Origin: Octopus vulgaris
Taxonomy: Eukaryota
Assembly (NCBI GenBank): GCA_951406725.2
Contig: OX597819.1
Span: 81,592,001-81,656,000, forward strand
Length of the DNA: 64,000 nt
Direction: 5' to 3'
How positions within the stretch are numbered: position 1 is the stretch's first letter; every line of letters starts with the position of its first letter. The position numbers and the translations under genes are program-made. The notes beneath the pieces were generated by a model, which worked only from the letters and a program-made list of their open reading frames with translations, did not search any database and had not been told where the DNA came from. Below, one piece after another: positions 53,536 to 64,000 of this stretch.

Positions 53536-54197
53536 TTCGTGTGAGTATGGTGGTGTGAACCAGATAATTTTCCTATTCCTATTTTTCCTTTTCTTTGTTA
53601 CTGGACTAATAACAGGTCTGTAGGTTATTTCCTCGTTAAAACCACAATGTTTTAGAGCTTTACTATATATTGGGGCAACACTATTAAAAATGTTTATGTT
53701 GGAGGAGAGGCTAGAAAATCTCTTGCTAATGTTAACTAAATTCTTAAATACTATGGGAAGGATGGCAGGAACCTACATTAATATAGCTAAGTCTATTGTT
53801 GGGCTTTCTATAGGGTTTGTAAATATTTTATTTAAATCTAAAGATACATCTAGGAAATTGACAACTGCCAGGTTGGTATCTATTGTTATACTAAGATCGA
53901 ATATTTTCATCATTTGGATAATGTTCTTCCTGAACCGATCTTCTGCTGGTCCATTGGTGTTTGTGGTTAAGGCTAGAAGACTTCGTAATGGACCTACTGA
54001 AGCTTATAAACAAAATAAAATTTCGTAAGTCTTTTAACACTTTTCGACAGAAACTGAAAATGACATCAAATACATAAATAGTTCCCAAAATACAGCACTT
54101 CTTCTGATAAAACCAAGAACCTATACCTTGTAGAAAACAGCACATACTCACGACTTTTGCATAACAACATTCAATCTTAGCATAACAATAGATAACA

Positions 54198-54287
54198 ACA
54201 CCTTGGGCAAATGTCTTCTACTATAGCCTCAGGCCGGCCAAAGCTTTGTGAGTGGATTTGGTAGACAGAAACTGAGAGAAGCTGTCG

Positions 54288-54357
<70 letters not shown>

Positions 54358-54582
54358 TGTATGTATTTGTGAGTCTGTGTTTGTCTCGCCACCTTCGCTT
54401 GACAATCATTGTTAGTGTGTTTATGTCCCCGTAACTTAGCAGTTCGGCAAAAGAACCTTGATAAAATAAGTACTAGGCTTACAAAGAATAAATCCTGGGG
54501 TCAATTTGTTCAGCTAAAGGTGGTGCTCCAGCATGGCCACAATCAAATGACTGAAACAAGTAAAAGAATAAAAGAATAAAAG
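54198..54582 (+). mobile_element. SINE family C (5'-truncated)
   Basis: CACCTTGGGCAAATGTCTTCTACTATAGCC...(TG)n...CAGCATGGCC..ATGACTGAAACAAGTAAAAGAATAAAAG. Confidence 0.8.
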
Positions 54583-55199
54583 AATATATACATATATATA
54601 CATACAGGTATATACATACATATACATATATATATATATAGGTATACATGTATACATATATATGTATATATATGCATATGTATATATATATATATATATA
54701 GGTATACACACACACATATACATATATATTGGTATATATGTATACACACACACACACACATATTTATAACCACACACATATTCATAACCACACACACACA
54801 TTCAAATGAACACATGATTTGATGATTGAGTGGACAGCTGGATGGACAGTTATTACAATATTTCTTAACCTTATTTTACATTTGTCTTTTTTTTTTTCTC
54901 TGCTTTTAATTTTCAAGAATTTTTGTCTCTCTTAGTTATTGTGTTGTAAGGAAACAAAAGTAGGGGAACAAAAACTGAAGAAAAAAAAAGAAAAAAAAAG
55001 AAAAATACAAGAAGAGAAGAAAAAGAAATCACCTATTCCATTCAGCTATTATATATACTGAATTTCCATTTGAACTGATATGTTATGAAATGTAGCTGAC
55101 AAAGATTCTACACTGTTTATCTTGATCTTTGGAAGCACAGAAAAAACTGTAATGATAGAACATATGTTGCATACTAATGACTCTCCTCCTACTCCTCTA

Positions 55200-55202
<3 letters not shown>

Positions 55203-55290
<88 letters not shown>
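55203..55290. repeat. (CT)n microsatellite
   Basis: Direct reading. Confidence 0.95.
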
Positions 55291-55294
<4 letters not shown>

Positions 55295-56233
55295 CTCATA
55301 CTTTCACACGCACACACCTGCCTACTTACACATGTATATACACACATACAATAACAATTTATTGCAACCTGCTAGAGCAAGTAAGTTTTGTAACCCCACT
55401 TTGCAATAAAAAAAAAATGAGATAACAACTACAGAATGTGAATCCCAATGAACATAATAGAACTGGAATATTTTTGAAATTTCCATTGGATTCATATGAA
55501 TATTTATAATCTAAAGTAATCTAATTTTTATATCAGTAACAAATTCTTTAATATTACCCTGAAAAGACAAAATAGCAATGCATGTGTGTGTGTGAGAGAG
55601 AGAGAGAGTGGGGAGGGAAAGAGTTTGAATGAAACAAACAGAGATAGAATGAGGAAAATGAGAGAATGAATGAGAAAAATCATGAGAGAAAGAGGGAGAG
55701 CAAAAGAAAATACTAATAGCAAATAGTGACTTTTTGATAGAGTATATTAATTTAGTTCAGAGAAAGAATTACATTTCAGATTTGTTTTGTTTTTAATGGG
55801 ACAAAAGGAAGATTTCTGTTCAGTATAGTAGTTTTTCTTTTCTTTGTTTCATTCAAATTTAATCTGTTTTCATTGAGGTTGAGAGATTTAAAATTTGAAA
55901 TTGATAAAACTGATTTGCTTTCATACATATATTTACATGAGATGCAAGATTTTAAAAAGTGTGGAGATCTTTAAATAAACAAAAAAAATCTTGTAACAGA
56001 TGTTTTTTTGTGTGCATTTTTCTCTTTTTTTGGTATCTTTCAAGCATCAATAATCTGTTACTGTACATATTTGACCAAAACATTTAATTTGAAATTGTGT
56101 TTTAAGACAGATTGTATAGTATTTTGGTTGAGTCACATGAACTATTTATTTATTAAACATATGTACTGCCTTTTTATCGTCAATAGTGTCCCAGTGTGTC
56201 ATCCTGCACCAGCCTGCCTCTCTCTCTCTTTAC

Positions 56234-56303
<70 letters not shown>

Positions 56304-56359
56304 GTCTGCCTTTTCTATGGTATTGTAGTAGTACACTACTAGATGTTTTTATAAAACAA

Positions 56360-56716
56360 ATCCGATTGTGGCTGTTGCCAGCGCCGTTCCGACGGGCCTC
56401 CGTGCTGGTGGCACGTAAAAAGCACCATCCGATCATGGCCTTTGCCAGCCTCGCCTGGCCCCCGTGCCGATGGCACGTAAAAAGCACCATCCGACCGTGA
56501 CCAATTGCCAGCCCCATCTGGCACCTGTGCCGGTGGCATGTAAAAAGCACCCACTACACTCACGGAGTGGTTGACGTTAGGAAGGGCATCCAGCCGTAGA
56601 AACATTGCCAGATCAGACTGGGCCTGGTGCAGCCTTCTGGCTTCCCAGACCCCAGTTGAACTATCCAACCCATGATAGCATGGAAAGCGGATGCTAAATG
56701 ATGATGATGATGATGA
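56360..56716 (+). mobile_element. RTE 3'-UTR fragment with (GAT)n tail
   Basis: Close match to the reverse complement of 27055-27380. Confidence 0.9.
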
Positions 56717-57476
56717 AACTAGTGTAGAGTAAGAGTTTAAACGGAAACAATTCTATCAATTGAAATTAAATCCAAATTAAAATTAAAACTCAATAAAAAG
56801 TTTGCATATGTATAACAATATATATACTTTGTGTATGTGTGTTTGAAATTGTTTATATTCCTCAGGCTGCTTCTCATTCATATTCGAATTCTTTCCATTG
56901 CACAGGATGTTAAGACATACCAGTACATGGTTCTCACACCATTTTGCTTATAGTCATAACGAGCAGGTTAGCTTACATCTGGCCTCATTTTGGATGCATG
57001 GTATTAATGAGTAACAAAGATAATGAAACATTAATGTCTTCCACTCCTGCAACACGACCTGGCATGAGTTATCTCACTTGTTTATAACTTCTAGGTGTTT
57101 TCTATACCAGGCATAATGACAAGAAAATTTTCTCACATGCTTATAAATTGCAGCCTGCCCACAAACTGGCAATACACACATCTTGTGTATGTGTGTTCAA
57201 TATTTTTTATATATATTGACAGACAGACAGACAGACAGACAGTCAGGCAGACAGACAAACAGATAGACAGACAGATAGATAGATACACATATATGTACAG
57301 AAGTGGTTCTTAACCATTTGATTACAAATCTATGAAAACATGTCTGGTAAATATTACCTTAAAAACAATCAAGTGTAGGCAACAGAAAGGGTATCTAGCC
57401 ATAGAAAATTTACCTTAACATATTCTGTCTCACCCATGTGGAAGTGGATGTTGAAACAACAAGGATGATGATGATA

Positions 57477-57516
<40 letters not shown>

Positions 57517-59194
57517 CAGCCTACTGTTGACCTCTTTATCAAAAAGTGTTTGCACTATACCCTAGGACACTATAAATGAATCATGGTCAAATTACAGCCC
57601 ATGGGATTTTCTGAATGGCACACCTAATGGAAAACTGCCTTGAATTATTTGGATAGTGCAGCCCACCTGATGATGAATCATGTCTCATGTGGCCTGTTTC
57701 TTGAAAAAGTTTCCCCATGCTTGCTCTAAACTATAAAAAGTCAGTACATGCATTTAATTAGTCAATGGCTCATCATGACCCTTGCCAAGTTTTAATAATT
57801 GGTTATCAATTCCACTATGACAGGACTGAATTGTATGATAAAAGACAGACAGTCAACCAGAAAGACAGACAGATGGCTAGGTAGGTAAGCAGACAGATAG
57901 GCAGACAGACAGACAGATAGATGGATGGATGGATGGATGGATATAATTAGTTTGAATTTTAATTATATATGGTTAATTTTGCTATTACAAAATAAAAACA
58001 AAAAATCATAATTATTATAAGTATATTAATCTAACATTATCATTTCAAAGGGCTTTTAAGAAAAACAACTGAGCATTTACTGATTATGATATGACTGGAT
58101 ACTGAGAGTAGAGTCAAGTATATTATGAAGGCCCAGTTAACTTGATCTTTACAAAAGTATTGTCAGACTAAATATAATGCATTTACATATTTTTCTTGAA
58201 GCAGAATAAATTATTTCTGTTTGGTATAATATATTTTTTTCTAATTTGTGTTTCCAAATCAACAAAATAACTTCTAAATGAAAAATATAAGATACATTGA
58301 TTTTATTGATATTAAAGTTTGTCTTAATTTTTTTTTTTTTTTGATAAAATAAAAGACTTGTATGTACAGCCTAAGGATAAATTAGTCATCAAGGAAACTT
58401 CTAGTTTATTTGAGATTTTATACTTTAAAAACAAACTAACAATGTGTTTTTATGAAAACTTTGACCCTAAATTAATCTAGACATAAAGAACAGAATAGAA
58501 AAACTTAAAAACATAGACAATATATAGAATGTACAATTGCATACAGTTCTTAACTCATCTGGAAATATACATTTGAGAATTAAAAAAAAGCAGGGTAAAT
58601 TGGTAGAGAATATATTACATTAAATAACATTAATGTTTAAAGCTGGAAAATAATATAAAATTTGAAGTTTAAAATAATTCATGAATAATGGATGACTTTT
58701 CTTGAAGACAACTATCAAACTTATTTGAGGCTCCTGTGAATTGTTCGGAAAATAAATAAAACTAAAATAAAAATATTAAATTGTTTACATGCTTGCATTT
58801 TTAAGGAAAGCAAAACAGGCCTATACAAAGAGTATTCATTAGAACTAAAGTAAGAAATAGCATAAGAAATATTCTTACTCATTTGAGTACTGTTTCTATT
58901 AACACATTTAGCTTGTGTAAGCATGCATTTACCATTTACTTCTATTGATAGATTAACTAAAAATTAAATTTGATTTAATTAAGTTATTTGTTTTCTAAAT
59001 AGGATGTTATTATTTATGTTGGCATATATCTGTATACACACACATATATATACGTGTGTGTGTGTGTATGTGTGTATGTGTGTGTGTGTGTGTCTAAAGT
59101 TACATGAGTGTGTTTCTGGAATTCGTATGTGAAAGAAAATCTGATATTTAAAATCTACAAGAAATATGTAGCTAATTCTGAGGTTTGCCAATAA

Positions 59195-59273
<79 letters not shown>

Positions 59274-61162
59274 CATTGTAACATAAAAGTTTTTTGTCTT
59301 GTATATTTTATGGAAATAATATCGAAATTATTTTTCAAAAAATTAGTTAAAACAAGACTGCTGATTATATGATAAACAAAATTATTGATTATAAAGAGAA
59401 TTGTTGCATTTTACCTGCTAGCTATCTTACGCCTGAAACCATGTTTGGCTGTTATTTCTAATTATCTATATTAGATTTTTTTATTTTTTTACTTCAGTCC
59501 CCAAACAAACAGATCAGAACTTTTCAATATTGCCCAAAATGAATTCTTTCTATCTCATATTTTTATTTAAGTTTCATTCATATTTTATTTCACCACATCC
59601 CTTCTAATAATTTTTTTAGTTTTCCAACTGCCTCAGGTAAATTGTTCCTTAAAATAAAATTCATTTATTCATGGAATTTAATGAGAAGTTCAGACATATT
59701 CTCCAGTATCTATTATTATTAAGAACAGTGAAAATGCAATGGAATGACACAGACAGTAAAGTAGTGTGCCAGAGTGAATGCTTTAGAGTATTTAGTTGCA
59801 TCCTTCTGTATGTATTTTCTAAGTTCAAATCCTGTCTTGAGCCAACTTCGTCTGTTATCCCTCTATAGTCAGTAAAATAAGTCCTAGGTATGTACCAATA
59901 TCAACTCAATCAGCTACATCTCTTATGCAAATGTAAGGATTGATAAAATTGTTAGATTGTTAGGCAAAAATCCATGTAGTATTCTGTTACAGCCCTCTAG
60001 ATTCTGTGTTCAAATCCAACAGAGATTGACTTTGTTTTTCAGGGTCAAAACAATAGATTACATGTCAAGTACTGGGGTGGGTATAATCAACTGTTTTATC
60101 CTCGCAAAATTTCTGATCTTGTGCACATATAAGAAATGTTTATGATGTGTACTGTTTAGCACCATCAGCCATCTATACTATAATGAAGAAAGCTGCTTAT
60201 TAATTTGGTATGTAACAATTACTAAAAGTACTAAATGAAAGCAATTATTAAAGGGCTGACAGTCTGGAAATATTTTTATAAATTCATGTTTTAAGAAATT
60301 TCCTATAATTTCGATTTGACAAGTTTATTGAATTTTTTACTCCAATTTCTCACAAATTTAAATATTCACTGCAGAGTATTACATTTTCATTTGAAAACTC
60401 TCTCACTTTCTCTTTTAACATTTTTATTTCAAGTTTTAATTCGCTATTTGGAAAACTAACAGTTTATTTTATTAATGTATATGTAATGTAAAAACATTAT
60501 TTATTGAATGAAAATTTAAAAAAATACCCGTATAATTTTTGTAAAAAAATTTTCAAAGGGATTTTGTTGTTATGGCTGTTTGGAACACTATAAGCCTTAC
60601 AATAACTATTCCGCAAAACCCTAACCCTAACCCTAACCTTAAACACCAGGTGTGTTTATTCTTTACCTTTGCCCTATCAAGACCGATTGTGGCTATTTTC
60701 ATTTTTAACTTAAAAACCATGGGAGGAGCCTTTTTGGTAAAAAAAAAAGAAAAACAAGTCGTAAATATTTTCAGAGTAAAAGGTGGTTTCACTGTTGGTT
60801 CTAGCACAACCCAAACCACCCTACTTTTTCACTCTCACATGTATTGATGTTCTTACAATATTTATCTCCCATTAAACACATTTTATGGCATGATGATACC
60901 GAAGTAACACATGCGTGATCCATTGGTGGAAGAAAAGCAACAAAATATATTGTAATCTAAATTTTTACTCACATCTGAATCAAGCGAAGTCATGTGTGTG
61001 TAAGAAAAAACATTTTCTAACCGAAAAGTACGCTATTATAATGAATTATCCTTTACATAACTCTTTTTTAAATCAGCAACAATTTCAGTGTAGAAGATGT
61101 TTGTAAGCCATTCAAGAACACAAAAAAAAATAGTTTCACTTCAACATCTAAATTTCATTTGT

Positions 61163-61207
61163 GTCAAAATATTTTCGTTGCTTTGAAACCACGACCTGTT
61201 CACTGAC
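61163..61207 (-). ncRNA. Minimal type-I hammerhead, G3-C8 core variant (mirror copy)
   Basis: GUCA-GUGAACA-G-GUCGU-GGUUUCAAA-GCAAC-GAAA-AUAU-UU-UGAC. Confidence 0.65.
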
Positions 61208-61241
61208 AAAACTTCATGCTGCATCACTTTTATGAAGTTTT

Positions 61242-61286
61242 GTCAGTGAACAGGTCGTGGTTTCAAAGCGACGAAAATATTTTGAC
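61242..61286 (+). ncRNA. Minimal type-I hammerhead, G3-C8 core variant
   Basis: GUCA/UGAC stem I; GUGAACA core; GUCGU/GCGAC stem II; GAAA; palindromic AAUAUU stem III; UUU cleavage triplet. Confidence 0.7.
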
Positions 61287-63227
61287 CCAAATGAAATTTA
61301 AATGTTGAAGTGAATGGCTTACAAACATCTTCCATGCTGCAAGTAAATCTCCATAATTTCTTTAAATCACTGTGGATAAATGCCAGCAATGACCTCAGGC
61401 TCTCCAATATTTAAATTTCTAAACAAAAACAATTTGGGGTAGGGAGTTGGGGTTGCAAAAAATTCATATTTTCTCAAATTTTCTTTTTTATAGCATATAA
61501 ATGTATTTATGGGGAGAAAATATTGAAAAACATGCAAGAGTAATAAAAAAAAATGAGGCTGGTTGTTTTTAGATGTGCTAGAAATCATTCACTTTTCCCT
61601 CTGAAAATATTAACAATTTTTAAATAATTTTTACTGAAAATGTTCTTCACATGGTTTTGCAAAAAACAATTGGCCAAAATAGGTCTGGAGTGGGATGATG
61701 AGGGAGGTGGGGTTGTAAAAAGAAAAGAGTTTTCAAAACTATTTTCATACAAAGATGTCTCCAACCCCAACCCCATCGTTTCAAAGGCTGCAGTTTTTAA
61801 AAAATGGGGATAATCCCTGAAAAAATTTTCCCCACAGATTTCTTTATAATTGTAATTTATGCTGTTTGAAAGGGATTTGTATAAGTTTTCATTAAAAGAT
61901 ACCCATTTTCCTGAAAGTTATGAAGGAAAAAAGTCAGATCATGTGAATTTTCCTAAACTCCTCTCTCCACCCCCTCGGAAAAATATTTTCTCGTAAATTC
62001 CTAGATACTCTAAAGCCATAACATATAAGCAGTATTTGTAAAAGATTTTGTTTAAAAGTATCCATTTTTCTGGATGTTATGAGGCAACAAATTTGGGGGC
62101 ATATACATCTGTAGTAATGCCCTTTTATTTATACGATTTTTTCATTTCATGTTTATTTCATTCATTATTTACAATTTTCTCTCTCCCCCTCTTTTTCTCT
62201 CTAACATACACACACACACTGCAAAGCTTACAGATGGGCTGCTGAATTATAATCTCTATGTTGCTTTGAGGGACTGTTGTTGGACTACGGTGATGTTTGT
62301 TTAAAAAAAAAAGATTATAACTATGAAAGCAATATTTATTAAGCAAGCAAGCACTATTTTCCAAAGAAATAATTAGACGTAAAATATAAAAATTATTAGA
62401 ATTTGGAATCAAATGTGAAAATATTATGAAGGAGCTAGCAGAAAACTACCTGGAGGGTGGTCTTTCTGCTAATCATCATAAAATTTTTAAAATTAGTAAC
62501 CATTATTATCACATGTACCTCATTTATTACTGAACTTGAGCACATATAAGAAATCTTTATGATTTGTACTGTTTAGCATCATTAGCCATCATAATTTGTA
62601 TCAGGTATCATTATAGATATTATAAATTATAAAAATAGCAACCATTTTAAGTACATGTAGCCTCGTTTATTACTGGTTTATTTACCACTGATCTAGGATA
62701 ACAGTATGCTCAACTGTGAACCATGTTGCTCTAGTCATAGATTGATCTCTGATAACATAAGTCGGCAATCAATTGAAGATTCTGCCTGCACTTCAAAAAC
62801 ATGCCTCAGTGATAATCCTCAATGCTCAGCTTCCCAAAATGTAATGGCTATCACTTGCTTTTACATGACCGTGCTTTAAGTTTACACTAGCTTTTATATG
62901 GATTTGTGTTCCCATATCAATCAACATGTTAATAAAGAAAAGGAAAACAAAATACAAAGATACTCAATCCTAACAAATGATGCAAATGAGTGTATTTTCT
63001 ACAGCAAAAGGTAGAGATGATTAAAAAATACATGATGGTGTAAGTTTCATTGCTGTGAAAATGTGAGTTTGGAGTGAATGAGTTTACTATTCGTTCTAAC
63101 AGAATTGAGATACTAAAACCAAGGTGCTATGTAAAAGGCATTGGTGTGGGTGTTGGTGCCATGTAAAAAGGTCTGGATAGGACACTGATCCATTGCAGGA
63201 TTACTCTTTAAAAGCTTCTTAAGCACA

Positions 63228-63650
63228 AGCATGACTGTGCAATTAAGAATCTTGCTTCCCAGTCATGTGATCTTGGGTTTAATCCCACTGTGCTGCATTA
63301 TAGGCAAGTATCTTCTGCCTGAGCTCTAAGCCAACAAAAACCTTGTGAGTGAATTTTGTAGACAGAAGCTGAAGGAAACCCATTGTGAATAAGTATATAT
63401 ATGTATATATATACACACACACACATACGTGTGTGTGTGTGTTTGAGGTTACCCTTGTCAGGACATCTTTTGGTGGCTGTAAATGAGCATCAACATCATA
63501 CGAGCAAGGTTGTTAATTTTCATTTTCATGAAAAATATTTCTAGCAACGGAGAAATATTACCTTTCCTGGAAACAGATAAGGGATGGCAAGAAGAAAATC
63601 CTCTGGCCATAGAAACTCTATCTAAACATATTCCATGGGATCTATTCAGT
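63228..63650 (+). mobile_element. SINE family C-like head joined to an RTE-like tail
   Basis: TTGCTTCCCAG..GGGTTTAATCCCACTG..GGCAAGTATCTTC head; GAAACAG..GG.TGGCAA..GAA..ATCC..GCCATAGAAA tail. Confidence 0.55.
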
Positions 63651-64000
63651 TTGGCTCACAGATTTTTCAGTTATTTTTTTAAAAACTAAACAGTTTGAAA
63701 CTTCGTATACTGGTGTAATTTCTCACACTGAGCATGGTTTAATCTCAACGTTTTTGACAAAATTTCGTATTTTAGAAGTTATTTCGTGTTAAAGTTGTCA
63801 TATTTGGATAATTTTAACCAAACAACGATATGTATTCAGCTGAAGAAACCTACTGCAGTTTGTGATAGTAATCAAAGAGCAACAACTTTCGGGTCATCTC
63901 TACTAAATGAGAATACACTGAATAATTCACATGTGGCTGAAAAATACATTTAGTAGAAATGTCCCAGAAGTTGTTGCTCTTCAATTACTATTGCAAATAG

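Larger units (their letters stand above)
51950..54172 (-). mobile_element. Penelope-like retroelement (RT thumb, GIY-YIG, 3' region with hammerhead) with an inverted 5' segment
   Basis: Minus strand: DRFRKNII...ITIDTNLAVVNFLDVSLDL...KPN..YINVGSCHP, IIWFTPPYS...NIGKYFLSLIDRHFP, CSC...CLLNGAC...IIYE...YVGL.EGNFKARFNN...LSSYIWSLK...CGL. Confidence 0.9.
61085..61340. repeat. ~255-bp palindrome carrying two divergent G3-C8 hammerhead motifs
   Basis: Arms about 61090-61217 and 61232-61332 with a 14-bp spacer. Confidence 0.9.

Noticed and set aside
56880-57110. Acceptor-like sites (TTGCACAG|G, TTCTAG|G) as candidate next trh exon
   Set aside because: They do not encode SLDGF/PAS-A; the phase-0 frame after the first site hits a stop.
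57660-57716. CTGATGA...GAAA hammerhead-like words
   Set aside because: No stem I or stem II complementarity.

Overview
AT-rich, repeat-dense animal genomic DNA. The SINE/RTE/microsatellite make-up suggests an octopus or other coleoid cephalopod, which is an inference. The only host gene I can support is a trachealess/NPAS1-3 bHLH-PAS gene on the + strand, with two coding exons (41030-41268 and 41976-42055). The rest is probably its introns or flanks, filled with TEs: a young 5'-truncated RTE LINE with a PHD-like finger, CR1/L2-type LINE pieces, pogo, Tc1/mariner and hAT elements, three tRNA-like SINE families and several Penelope-like elements (PLEs). The main unexplained signal is a set of about ten type-I hammerhead ribozyme motifs from several sequence families. 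Some are canonical (13051, 26487, 52048). Others have core variants: G3-C8 swap at 61163/61242, A6U at 962, U4C-like at 6296/7063/48768 and U3-A8-like at 49637. They are repeatedly embedded in fold-back palindromes and mostly end at (TA)n microsatellites. All folds were done by eye and need computational and biochemical confirmation.
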